From the NCBI RefSeq assembly GCF_964194155.1, contig NC_135879.1, positions 26,040,001-26,104,000 on the forward strand: DNA of 64,000 nucleotides, in the 5' to 3' direction. The notes below the pieces were generated by a model. That model was not told the DNA's origin, did not search any database, and saw nothing but the letters and a program-made list of their open reading frames with translations. This document shows positions 37,730-50,522 of this stretch, one piece after another (position 1 is the first letter of the stretch; each line of letters opens with the position of its first letter). This DNA comes from Cetorhinus maximus. Lineage: Eukaryota. Position numbers and translations under genes: made by a program.

Positions 37730-40170
37730 TTACTAATTCAAACCTAAGCAAGGCTGACTTCAAAGGAGAATAAACTGAACAGGTTAAACTGGGCTGAGCC
37801 GTTGACAAATAAACCCCACAGAAAAACAATGGAAGGCATTCTAAGAAATATTTAGTACAAAACCAATACATACCCCGAAGGAATAAAGGTTCCACTTGTA
37901 CAGTCAAGCAACCATGGTCTACATAAGTCTTATGACGGATTATAAAGCTAAAGGATATATCTTACATAAATGCCAAGACAAATGGTAATCCAGTGGGCTG
38001 GGAGAATTATAGAGGCTGACAGCGGGACACAAGGAAAATATTAATAGACACAAAAGTGAATGCTGAAAAAAAACTTGCAAGTAATATAAAGACTAATATT
38101 AAAAGATTTTATAAATATATTAAGAGTAGGGGATCTCCAAAGGTGGGTGTGGGCCCAAAAAGGACAAATGGGGTTGATACAGTAATAGATAAGAATATAA
38201 TGGCATATTTATTGAACAAGTATTTTGTACCAATTTTCACAGTCGAGGATCAAGATAAAACAGCAGCAATAGTAGGAAAACTAAAACATAAATTAATGCA
38301 TTCAATATAAGAAACAAAGTGGTAATGGGGTAAACATGAGACTTGGGATAGATAAATCCCCAGGACCTGATGGCTTCTACCCTAGGATATTAGAAGAAGT
38401 AGGTGAGGAAATTGTACCTTAATTATAATCTTTCAAATCTCTCTTGAGTGAGAAACTGGGCCGTTAGACAGCAAAATTGTTACTGTCACTCCATTACCTA
38501 TGAAGAGTGGGAGACTGAGAGCAGGTAAATACAGGCCTTCCATTGTTTTACTGATTTAATGTCAGTTATGGGAAATGACTAAGCTCTCTCATTAGGGATA
38601 GAGTGACTGAGCACTTGAACATAACTGTGATAAAAGCAAAAAACTGCGGATGCTGGAAATCCAAAACAAAAACAAAAATACCTGGAAAATCTCAGCAGGT
38701 CTGGCAGCATCTGCGAAGAGGAACACAGTTAACGTTTCGAGTCCGAATGGCCCTTCAACAGAACTAAGTAAAAATAGAAGAGAGGTGAAATATAAACTGG
38801 TTTAAGGGGGGGGGGGAGGTGGGACAAGTAGAGCTGGATAAAGGGCTAGTGATAGGTGGAGATAACCAAAAGATGTCACAGACAAAAGGACAAAGAGGTG
38901 TTGAAGGTGGTGATATTATCTAAGGAATGTGCTAATTAAGGGTAGAAAGCAAGACGAGAAAGGTACAGATAGCCCTAGGGGGGGTGGGGTGAAGGAATCG
39001 AAAAAGGCTAAAAGGTAGAGATAAAACAATGGATGGAAATACATTTAAAAATAATGGAAATAGGTGGGAAAAGAAAAATCTATATAAATTATTGGGAAAA
39101 AAAGTGGGTTGGGGGGGGGGAATCGGAAAGGGGGTGGGGATGGAGGAGAGAGTTCATGATCTAAAATTGTTGAACTCAATATTCAGTCCGGAAGGCTGTA
39201 AAGTGCCTAGTTGAGAAGATGAGGTGCTGTTCCTCCAGTTTGCGTTGAGCTTCGCTGGAACATTGCAGCAGGCCAAGGACGGACATGTGGGCATGAGAGC
39301 AGGGTGGAGTGTTGAAATGGCAAGCGACAGGGAGGTCTGGGTCATGCTTGCGGACAGACTGAAGGTGTTCTGCAAAGCGGTCACCAGGTCTGCGTTTGTA
39401 CCAAGACAAGTTTGTACTAAGACTGGGTGACCGCTTTGCAGAATACCTTCGGGTGTTCCACTAGGGCTATCTGTACCTTGCTTGTCCTGCTTTCTACCCT
39501 TAATTAGCACATTCCTTAGATAATATCACCACCTTCAACACCTCTTTACCCTTTTGTCTGTGACATCTTTTGGTTATCTCCACCTATCACTTGCCCTTTA
39601 TCCAGCTCTACTTGTCCCACCCCCCCTTAAACCAGCTTATATTTCACCTCTCTTCTATTTTTACTTAGTTCTGTTGAAGGGTCATTCGGACTCGAAACGC
39701 TAAATGTGCTCCTCTCCGCAGTTGCTTTCAGACCTGCTGAGTTTTTCCAGGTATTTTTGTTTTTGACTTGAACATAACTGGACTGATCAGAGAGCCAGCT
39801 TGCCTATGTTAAGGATAACTCACGTTCCACTACTCTGATTGAATTTTTTGAAGAGATCACTCATAATCTAGGTCAGGGTATTTGATAAGCAGACATTTTT
39901 AGTAAGAATGAAGATGCACAGAATTATCTGCAGCCTTTTGATTTTTCTTGGAAATTGGTTGGGAGAGTAGGGACAGAGAGTGGGAATAAAGGGTCAGAAC
40001 TCTGATTGCTGACATGTAACAGAGATCATTTTTGGGGGATCAACATTTTACCATATTTATTAACGGTTTGGATGAAGCAATAGAGAGATGAATATCCAAT
40101 GGTGCAGATCGACCATGATCTGGCTGAATCTGATTGGAGCAGGATTGAGGGGTTGAATGGCACACGCCAA
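37730..40170 (+). mobile_element. Old CR1-type LINE remnant interrupted by a Penelope fold-back
   Basis: EKKLASNIKTNIKRFYKYIKS..VGP, DKSPGPDGFYPRILEEV; heavily degraded. Confidence 0.75.
38628..39765. mobile_element. Fold-back Penelope derivative (inverted GIY-YIG end plus 3' region, then sense 3' region)
   Basis: 38628-39395 is the reverse complement of ~42590-43299 plus an extension; 39458-39765 is a sense copy. Exact 15-bp TSD ACTTGAACATAACTG at 38613-38627 and 39766-39780. Confidence 0.9.
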
Positions 40171-40934
40171 TTCATGAGAGCGTAAGAAGCAAGAAAAAGG
40201 CGCAGGAGTAAGCCTTTCAGCCCTTTGAGCTTTCTCTGCTATTCAACAAGATCATAGCTGACCTTCCACCTCAGCCATGCTATCTCCATCTTCCTTGATT
40301 CCTTTAGCATCCAAAAATCTGTCAGTCTCTGTGGTAGGCCATGGTCCCTTTGCGTAATACTGCAAATGGCTGCCTCTGCCCTATCCTGTTTCTGATGGGT
40401 GGATTGAGGGAGCAAAGTTTACGGCACTAAGTGACACAAAAATGGCTTTTGAGTCTTAACAAGTTCACAGGAAAATCATACAGTAATTAGGCCGCCATCA
40501 GTTTATAATTAAAGATTGTAAATTTAATTTGAGGACTACATGAAAATTGAAGTACAAGCCACTAGCAATGAGTAGGCAAATTTTTGTTGCTATTTTTGTC
40601 CCCCTACAGGATTTTTTCTATTTTTAATTTAATTTCTTTTGTGTAAAAACGTGAATTTTGAAAAGGAAGCCTAGGCCTCTTTCAGGGACACAGATAGGAA
40701 GGATGTGTAGGAGTTAACTTGTTGAGAGTGGGGCAAATCTAGCCTCTTGGAAGGGACAAAGTGAGTGTGAGGAGAAGGGATAGGGGAACAAGAGCAAGGG
40801 AGGAAACAACAATTCAGAAGGTAGTTCAAAGGTGGAAAAATAAATTACTAATAGGAGTGAAACCATAGTATGAAGGTGAATGAGAATTGGGAAATTGAAG
40901 GAGTATTCAGAGGGACTTATACAGGAATCGTGGA

Positions 40935-43810
40935 ATGTTAACATGTAGGTGCAGCAAGCAATTAGGAAGGCAAATGATAGGTTAGCTTTTGTTACAAAGG
41001 GATTGCAGTGTAAGAGTAAAGAAACCTTGCTACTAATTTACAGGGTGTTGATAAAGCCACACCAAGAGTACTGACCTCAACCTCACAGAGGCTGAGCGTC
41101 AACTCGCAGACACTTCCTCCTACCTCCCCCTGGACCATGACCCCACCACTGAACATCAAGCCATTGTTTCCAGCACTGTTACTGACCTCATCTCCTCTGG
41201 AGATCTTCCTTCCACAGCTTCCAACCTGATAGTCTCCCAACCTCGGACAGCCCGCTTCAACCTCCAACCCAAAATCCACTAACAGGACTGTCCCGGCAGA
41301 CCGATCGCGTCAGCCTGTTCCTGCCCCACGGAACTCATTTCTTGCTATCTTGACTCCATTCTCTCTCCCCTTGTCCAGTCCCTTCCCACCTACATCCATG
41401 ATTCTTCTGACACCCTACATCTTATCAACAATTTCCAGTTCCCTGGACCCAACCGCCTCCTCTTCACCATGGACACCCAATCCCTCTACACCTCCATCCC
41501 CCACCGGGATGGTCTGATGGCTCTCTGCTTCTTCCTCGAACAGGGGCCTGAACAATCCCCACTACTCTCCTCCGTCTGGCTGAACTTGTTCTCACACTGA
41601 ATAATTTCTCCTTAAACTCCTCTCACTTCCTCCAAATAAAAGGTGTGGCTATGGGTACTTGCATGGGCCCCAGCTATGCCTGTTTCTTTATGGGGTACAT
41701 GGAACATTCCTTGTTCCAGTCCTACTCCGGCCCCCTCCCACAACTCTTTCTCCGGTACATCGATGATTACTTCGGTGCTGCTTCATGCTCTTGTCTGGAC
41801 CTGGAAAAATTTATTAATTTTGCTTCCAATTTCCACCCCTCCATCATTTTCACATGGTCCATCTCTGACACATCCCTTCCCTTTCTTGACCTCTCTGTCT
41901 CAATTTCTGGTGATAGACTGTCCACCAATATCCATTGCAAGCTTACCGACTCCCACAGCTACCTCGACTACAGCTCCTCACACCCCGCTTCCTGTAAGGA
42001 CTCCATCCCATTCTCTCAGTTCCTTCGCCTCAGTTGCATCTGTTCTGATGATGCCACTTTCAAAACCAGTTCCTCTGACATGTCTTCCTTCTTCCTTAAC
42101 CGAGGTTTTCCTCCCACGGTGGTTGACAGGGCCCTCAACTGTGTCCGGCCCATCTCCCACGCATTCGCCCTCACACCTTCCTCTCCCTTCCAGAAACATG
42201 ATAGGGTCCCCCTTGTCCTCACTTATCACCCCACCAGCCTCCGCATTCAAAGGATCATCCTCTGCCATTTCCGCCAACTCCAGCATGATGCCACCACCAA
42301 ACACATTTTCCCTTCACCCCCCCGGCGGCATTCCGCAGAGATCATTCCCTCCAGGACATCCTGGTCCACTCCTCCATCACCCCCTACACCTCAACCCCCT
42401 CCCACAGCACCTTCCCATGCAACCGCAGAAGGTGCAACACCTGCCCCTTTACTTCCCCTCTCCTCACCGTCCAAGGGCCCAAACACTCCTTTCAAGTGAA
42501 GCAGCATTTCACTTGCACTTCCCTCAATTTAGTCCACTGCATTCTTTGCTCCCAATGCGGTTTCCTCTACATTGGAGAGACCAAATGCAGACTGGGTGAC
42601 TGCTTTGCAGAACACCTTCGGTCTGTCCGCAAGCATTACCCAGACCTCCCTGTCGCTTGCCATTTCAACACTTCACCCTGCTCTCATGCCCACATGTCTG
42701 TCTTTGGCCTGCTGCATTGTTCCAGTGAAGCTCAACGCAAACTAGAGGAACAGCACCTCATCTTCCGACTAGGCACTTTACAGCCTTCCGGTCTGAATAT
42801 TGAGTTCAACAATTTTAGATCATGAACTCTCTCCTCCATCCCCACCCCCTATCTGATAACCCCCCTTTTTTTACCAATAATTTATATAGATTTTTCTTTT
42901 CCCACCTATTTCCATTATTTTTAAATCTATTTCCATCTATTGTTTTATCTCTACCTTTTAGCCTTTTTCGATTCCTTCACCTCACCCCACCCCCACTAGG
43001 GCTATCTGTACCTTGCTTGTTCTGCTTTCTACCCTTAATTAGCACATTCCTTAGATAATATCACCACCTTCAACACCTCTTTGTCCTTTTGTCTGTGACA
43101 TCTTTTGGTTATCTCCACCTATCACTGGCCCTTTATCCAGCTCTACTTGTCCCACCCCCCCTTAAACCAGCTTATATTTCACCTCTTCTATTTTTACTTA
43201 GTTCTGTTGAAGGGCAATTCGGACTCGAAACGTTAACTATGCTCCTCTCCACAGATGCTGCCAGACCTGCTGAGTTTTTCCAGGTATTTTTGTTTTTTTC
43301 CAAGAGTACTGTGTGTAGTTTTAGTCTCCTTACACAAGAAAGAACATTCTTGCCCTGAAGGTGGTGCAAAGGTTCGCTAGACTAGTTCCTGGGATAAGTG
43401 GATTAACCTACAAGCCGACATTGAGAAGACTAGGCCCATATTCCCTAGGGTTTAGAAGAAAGAGAGGTGATCTAATTGAAACATGGAAAATTCTTGAAGG
43501 GCTTGTCAGGACAGATGCTGAGAAAATGTTTCCCCTGGCTGGGAATTTAGAACACCGGGTCACACTTTCAGAGTAAAGGGTTGATCATTTAGGATTGAGA
43601 GAAGAAGAAACTTCTTCGCCAGAGGGTTGTAAATCTTTGGAATTCTCTACCCCTGAGAGTTGCTGAGTAGATTCAGGACAGAGCTTGATGGATTTTTGGA
43701 AACTGAGGGGATTAAGGGACATATGGTTAGTGCAGGAGGTACATGATCAGTCATAATCTTGTTGTATAATGGAACAGGCTCAAAGGGCCAAATGGCCTAC
43801 ACCACTTCCT
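40935..43810 (+). mobile_element. CR1 LINE 3' portion, host of the Penelope insertion
   Basis: QVQQAIRKAN..LLLIYRVLIKPHQEY continues after the TSD as CV*F*SP..VQRFARLVPG..RGDLIETWKILEG. Confidence 0.8.
41074..43299 (+). mobile_element. Penelope-like retroelement (5'-truncated): RT plus GIY-YIG endonuclease, frameshifted
   Basis: GVAMGTCMGPSYA, FLRYIDD, LPFLDL RT motifs; LVHCILCSQCGFLYIGETKCRLGDCFAEH..GTLQPSGLN GIY-YIG. 12-bp TSD CCAAGAGTACTG at 41062-41073 and 43300-43311. Confidence 0.93.
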
Positions 43811-45612
43811 GCGTGGAATGCTATGGGGGGAGGGCGGGGATGACACGTCTCCCCCCCCTCCATCAGAAACCATATCAGTGTGGCACGTTCCATGCCAACC
43901 CGCTCCGCAGCCATAAAGCACTAATGAGGACTAATGAGTGAGACTTCCACGCCTCATTGGGACAGAGGTCCCGCCCCCTAGTGCTGCCGGCCAATCCATT
44001 CGGCCGGCACCTCCATCAGTCCCAGCAGCACCAGGAAGGTGTTAGTGCCAGCTGCCGGGACTGCTGCTGAAGAGAGGAGCCCAAGCTGCGCCGTTCTTAA
44101 CATATCCCATTTCGTCATGGAGCATTACGTCGTACCACATGGTTAAAAGGGGACTATTACTGGAGTGTCGAATATTTTATGACTGATTATGTTTGTTGAA
44201 GAAATTTCATTCTTTTCGCTCAGCTTGTGCTCCTATGGTCTGCAGTTACTATAAAGACACATTTTCCAATCTGACATTTAATCCATTGATACAAATCACT
44301 TCAGGGACTCATTGTTCCTCTGCTGTACAATTGTTTCTCTCGTGTAAGTTCACTGCAGTTAACACAGCATCACTCATACTGGAACAGTACTTTCCTATTA
44401 AATGTTACCTTACTGACTGCTAGAACATGTATTCAATAGCGGAGGAAATTTCTAATGAGCGGATTGGCTGCCTTTCTTTCAGTGGGGACTTGAGCAGCAT
44501 GTCAGCTGAAGAGGGGGTAGTGGGCTGTGTAACTGCAGTTTGTAACTGTTGCATACAAAACATTCCTTCTCCATGTGCCGAGGGTGAATTCAGGGCTGGA
44601 GACAGTGACATCAACACTGAGCAGATGGAGAGCGCCAGGAAGGAAAAGAAAACATAAAATAAGACTGAAGGCAATGTTTAGATTTCTCAGCACAGAGCTT
44701 TAGCTTCATGGGTTCTGCTGAAAGCACCTCTTCCACTAGATTTTATTATCTCTGAGGGAGCAGACCAGCCTCACTTCCCTTGCCAGGCTGTTGCCAAAGT
44801 TGGGCCTTCATTGTGTAGTGATGTATTTCTGAAAGCCTCTGAAAGCCACAGCACCTTGGTGACAAATGATAGACGGTGTTTACATGTTGTTACAGAACAC
44901 TACATGACCCCCAGATGAGTGTAAACACATTGTAGCATTCCTTCGGTATTCTTTGTTGGGATTATTAAGAAGTTCTGACAATAAAATCAGTTAGTTATAA
45001 CCACAGAGTCTTTATTTAGATGTAACAGTGGGGAAAAGGTCAGCACAAAATTTTTTTTAAATGAATTATGGACATCTTTGTTACTTAGGTTGTGATATAC
45101 CGTGTCGCTATTTGTTTCTTATGTTGGTGTTAATAAGGAAAAATGTGGAGCATCAAATGGGGTTGAACTGGAATAATTAGGCAGAAAGAATTAATTTTTA
45201 TTTTGAGGCAAACAAACATGTAATAGATGCTAAAAAGAGAACAATTTTGTTTATAATCTGCAGATCTCCAATATATACATTGATTAAGAATCTGATCACT
45301 CCTGATCTAAAATATGTCAAGTTAGTCCAAATGAGCAAAGAACAACAGGGCCTAAGCTTAGTTGCGGAACAGATTATGGGCAGAATCATAACAGATTTGT
45401 ACTAAGTGCAGTAGCGGGCGGGTAAAACAACGGTTTACCCATTGGCCGCAATGGAGGCTTTTCATGCCGTATCGTCCCAAACCCACCGCATAAATTATGC
45501 AATTCCTGAGAATACGCCGTTTCCATGGCAAGCGGGCTCTCATTCACCCATCACGCCATTACCGCGCGCACACGTCTCAGTGCTTCCAGCCCACAACTGC
45601 TGCAAAGAAGAC

Positions 45613-47150
45613 ATGGCCCCGTATGGCAGAACAACTGCAGCCCCCAGGTTCAATGATGCGTCCCTCGAGCGCCTTTTGGATGCAGTTGAGGCTCGCCAGG
45701 ATACGCTCTGGCCACAGGATGGGCAGCAACCTCACTAATCCAGCATGGGAGTCGGTGGCAGTGGTGGTCAGCGCCAATGCCCTGAAAAAGAGGACAGCCA
45801 CCCAGTGCCATTACAGCATAAATGGTCTCATCCGTTCCACCAAGGTAATTCACTCTACTCATCACTCTCAACTCACAAACCCATCACACATCCACAGGGA
45901 TCTTACACCTCAAGGGACAACAACACTAACTCTCACATACACCCTCACGTCTCCATCAGGCTCATACCCTCTGGAGCTCACGTCCTCATCCCATCCATGG
46001 CTCCACTCACCACACAAACATTCCACGTAGTGCCATTGTCCTGCTCACACGCCACCTGTTATCATGCAAGAGAAGCCTGCTCACATCAGCAGGGAGAGAT
46101 CCCAGACCGGGGTGAACTGGCCCACATTAGGCCCATAACTCACTTTGAGGAGTGTGCCGCCACACTGACTGGTGAGGACGTGGAACCTGCCTGAGGTGAT
46201 GGTGAGGTCAGCGGCAGACACCCTCGTGAGGATCCTGCACCGCATTATCCCTTTCTCAATGCAAATGTGAGTGCTCTCTCTCCTGCTTTTGACTCTGCTG
46301 CCGTGCATTAATTATCTCTGCTTTGATTCAGAGGGAGCTCTGCCAAGTGACTGACACCCTCAGCCAGCCAGTCCCTCAGCTCCATCCATGTCCTCACCTC
46401 CAGCCAAGAGGACACCTCTGTTATTGAAGAGCTAGAAATAAGCAGCCTGGAAGACCTGTCACAGCGCTTACCCACACCCTCCACCAGCGCAGAGACACAC
46501 ACCTCGTGGGACCTAGATCGAGAGTTGGGTCGGGTTCACAATCTGGTGGTCACTGCACGGACACGTGTCCACAGCAGCAGGAGGCAAGTTCAGCCGAGCT
46601 TCCCAGCGCTCAGAGGACTGCTAGGGAGCAAGTATCTGTGAGGTCCGAGTCAGATGATGAGCCTCTAGATTTGGCCTTCCAACTCATTGTGGAGGATCAG
46701 CTGAAGGCATGGGAATGCTACACAGAAATGTTGGAAACCCTCAGCGGAGTGGAAGATGAGTCAGAGGAGCGTGTCCGTCTGCTTCTGATGAAGTGGTGCC
46801 CACATGTACCCATATGCAGGTCTCCATGGGGAGACAGCGGACGCCATGGAGACCCTGGCCCACCAGAACGCCAAGATGTGTGCAGACCTGCACTCCATCG
46901 CAGGAACCATGGGTGAGTTCCTGCAGTGTCAACACGAGAGAGAAACAGGGCACCTCGACGTCTCTCCAGGTGCCCCTTCCCCTCAAGGAGTCAGGCCGGG
47001 GACCCCAGGCACCTGAAGGGAGGAGGAGCAGCAGCTGAACATCCCTGGGTCATCCATTCAGGAATCTCAGAGTCTGTCCTCTCCCTCCGAGTCCCCTTTG
47101 CCTGTGAGCCCCTCAACCTTGTCCCCTGTCACTGCAGAGGGAGCATCTGG
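45613..47150 (+). pseudogene. Harbinger Myb/SANT-like gene, spliced, disrupted
   Basis: Exon 1 45613-45844 MAPYGRTTAAPRFNDASLERLLDAVEAR..AWESVAVVVSANALKKRTATQC then gtaatt. Later exons include EKPAHISRERSQTG and an S/T-rich region after tttgattcag (46331). Confidence 0.8.
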
Positions 47151-47399
47151 CCATTGAGTGATTCTGGAGGGAGAAGTGTGTGTGTGTATATGTGGCAGGG
47201 TCTTTCGGAGCCTTGTGCAAGCACTCTCCCACGCACGCGGATCCTTCACATATCATATTCCCCTCAATGCCCTGAGCATTTTCAATGCTGCCTGCTGGGG
47301 TTTGCTTTCAGTTGTCCATCTGAACTGACCTACATCTCCATCCACCCAATGATCACACTCACACGCAGCACCTGATCTCGCCCACCATGACTCTCGTTT

Positions 47400-48560
47400 C
47401 ACTTTCGATTTGGACAGCAAGGTCTGGATTCAGTTTTTCGTGTGTTTCCCCATCTTTTCCCCTCCCCCAGTCACCATTTCCTTTCCCACATCACAGTTAA
47501 CATCCCCGGCATCACCTCCCACCTCCCCTCCGTGACCTACCAACCACAGCCCTTTTCCTTTGAGGATGTCCAGGTGAACTTGCACGTTCCCTTCCTTCCC
47601 AAAAATCCCACCCCCATCCACATTAACCTCCTCGACATCCTCCTTCCCACCCCCAAGGTCCGTGTCTGCCTTTGAGTCCCCACCAACCACCCACACCACC
47701 CCTTCTACCACTACCATTGAATCTTCATCCTCCCACCCTACCGCCTCACACTGCCCTCGGTCATTCTCCCCTTGGTCATTCTCACCATTCCCTCACACAC
47801 ACCCACCCTCAGTTCGCCTGCCAGTAAACAGTCATGTACCCAATAGACCCCTTCCCTGCACATTCAACTCAAACCCTCCGGACCCCTTCCCCCCCCAGAA
47901 CCCCTCCCCCTCTCTGGACCCTTACCCCCACCGGAACCTCTTCTCCCCCCCGAACCCCTTCACCCACAGAAGCCCTTTACCTCCCCTTAGTCCTCCCAAA
48001 CCCCCGGACACCTCCCCACCCCCAACCTCCGCTTAGTCCCTCCTGACTCCCTCAGATACCCTTACTTCTTCTGCCACACTTAGTCCTCCCCCAACGACTC
48101 CTTCCTCCAGCCTTACCTCTTGCTCCAACCTCACTTTTTTCTCCAGCCTTACTCCTTCCCCCTTTCTGACTCCCTCAGACAACCTCACTTCTTCTTCCAG
48201 CTTTACTCTGCCCCCCTTCCCAACTCCCTTCTCCACCCTTACTTCTTCCTCCACTCTTACTCCATCCCCTCTCCGCACTACTTCCTCCCCAGGACTCCCT
48301 CCCATCTCCACACTCCTTCCTCCCTCTGGGCTCCCTCGCCTCTCTGCACTCCTTCCTCCCCTGGTCTCCTTCCCCTCTCTGCACTCCTTCCCGCCCTCTG
48401 AACTTCTTCCCTTACACCTTCAACCCCTGTACACCTACCTCCCCATTTGCTATCTTCTCCCCCATTACACCCCCTTCCCCCTGTACTCCCTTTCCCCCTC
48501 CCAGCCTCACCCTCCAGACACCTTCATTCCCCCAACCCAAACTCGCACGCCAACAGGCCG
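47400..48560. repeat. C/T-rich low-complexity tract with a degenerate 18-bp minisatellite (~48040-48400)
   Basis: Repeated CCTTACTTCTTCCTCCA-type units; minus-strand translation has 6-residue periodicity (EVRLEE/GVRLEK). Confidence 0.8.
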
Positions 48561-49295
48561 AGTGCACTGCCTCCTTCATTGAGAGAGTGGCGACTCTCAT
48601 AGAGAGACAGCACCAAGGACAGAATGAGGAGTTAGGTGCCCATCCATCAATGCTGAGCAGGGAGGTTCAGAGTGACCTCACATTGGTGCATGAGCTGTTT
48701 GCCGTCTCTGCCAGCTCCTCTCAGGGCACTCTGGATGACAGCAGCAGCTCCTCCACCCCTCCGCCAATGACCATGGCAACTGATGAGGCTGCGATGACTG
48801 GGGAGATGCCAGCTGTGGCATTGGCAACTCCCTCCCAGGTGGGGTTAACACAGGCTCCATTGGCCAGGGGATGGCCGCCAAGGTCATCATGGCCAACAAG
48901 ACAGTAGAGTCAGTAGGCTGTCTCCAATGCCAGTGCCAGAAAGGGGTGGGCACCAAAACGTAATAGTTGGAAACCTAAATTAAAGGCATCATGAGCACAA
49001 GAGAGACAGTTCACAGGTGATTTTATGTTCATTTATGTTTGCTTTATCTATACTGATCTGGCAATGAAGACCAGAGAAGGTTATGTCATTTTGTTTTTGT
49101 CGTCAGAGCCTGAGTTTGCTTCACCTATTTATTTTATTGGTGCAGGGTACGCCAGTATGTAATGCTGGATGTAAGCGGCTCTGAACTTTATTACACAGGT
49201 ACTGAGTGTTCTTTGGGTTCAAATGAAAGGGTCATTCAGACATCAGGGATGGAGGTGGCAGCCCTGGTATGTGGTTGAAGCTGATCTTTGGCAGC

Positions 49296-50522
49296 CTAGC
49301 TGAAGGAGCATTGGGACAAGGTGTCACTGCCTCCCAGGAGGTTACCGAGGTCTGCCACCATGTCCTCAGCGTTTTCCTCACCGTGGTCCTCTTCTGACTC
49401 ACCACTAGATTCATCATCTGTGGCCTGTGCAGCTGCGTCAAGATCCTCTTCCTCCAGTGGGTCCCCCTTTGCCAGTGCCAGATTGTGGAGAGTGCAGCAT
49501 GTAACTACTATCAGTGATACCTGCTCTGGGGGGTACTGTAGTGCACCCCCTGAACGGTCCAGGCATCGGAAGCGCATCTTGAGAAGACCTGTGGTCCTCT
49601 TTACCACCGCCCTTGTGGAGGCATGACTCCTATTATAACGCTTCTCTGCCCCTGTTCTTGAGTGGAAGAGAGGTGTCATGAGCCACCTCTTCAATGGATA
49701 GCCATTGTCACCCAGCAGCCATCCATCCAGTCGGGCTGGAGCACTGAGGAGCCTCGGCACCTGGGAGTGCCTCAGGATGTAAGCATCATGGGAGCTGCCA
49801 GGGTACCTTGCACAGAATTGCACAATCTGCATCCTGTGGTCACACACTATCTGCACGTTCATGCAGTGGAATCCCTTCCTGTTGACAAAGGCACCCGGCT
49901 GACCCACTGGTGTCTTGATGGCCACATGTGTGCAGTCGATGGCACCCTGCACGCGGGGGAATCCAGCAATTGCTGCAAAGTCTCTGGCTCACTCAGCCTG
50001 GCCTGCCTCATCTGTATGATAAAGAATAAAGATCAGTACCAGCCTGAGCACAGCTTCTGTCACCAGCTTGACACAACTGTGGACAGCTCACTGGGAGACT
50101 CCACACAGATCCCCCACTGACCCCTGGAAAGAGCCGGAGGCATAGAAGTTGAGGGTCACTGTGACCTTCAGAGCTACTGGCATGGGGTGTCCACCCATAC
50201 AGCCGGAGCTGATCTCAGGCCCAATCATCTGACAAATAGAGGTCACTGTCTTCCTTGAGAGGCGGAGCCTCCTTCGGTATTGCACCTCAGACATATTGAG
50301 GTAGCTGCATCACCGCCTGTAAACCCTGGCAGCAGGATAGTGGCGTCTTCTGTGGTCCCTTCTGCCTTGGACTACCTGCTGGCCCAGTGCCCCTTGTGCC
50401 TGTTCTTCTCCTCCCACAGGTCACTCTCTTGGAAGCTGCATTGGGACACCTGGCCTCCTCTCCCTTCTGCCCCTCTCTTCCTCCTCAGAGGAGGTGCCAC
50501 CAGCAGAGACCACAATCCCCAT
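49296..50522 (-). pseudogene. Harbinger (HARBI1-like) DDE transposase, frameshifted
   Basis: ATG at 50522 after a ccttccag acceptor; RRRLRLSRKTV..PVALKVTVTLNFYASGSFQ, then GAIDCTH, NRKGFH, PGSSHD, LLGDNGY, VVKRTTGLLKMRFRCL, LHNL, acidic tail. Confidence 0.92.

Noticed and set aside
41643-42599. 318-aa S/P-rich ORF
   Set aside because: Alternative frame of the C-rich Penelope RT region; the real product is the frame containing YIDD.
48033-48311. ORF with EVRLEE/GVRLEK repeats as a novel repeat protein
   Set aside because: It is the translation of an 18-bp minisatellite, with no splice or gene context.
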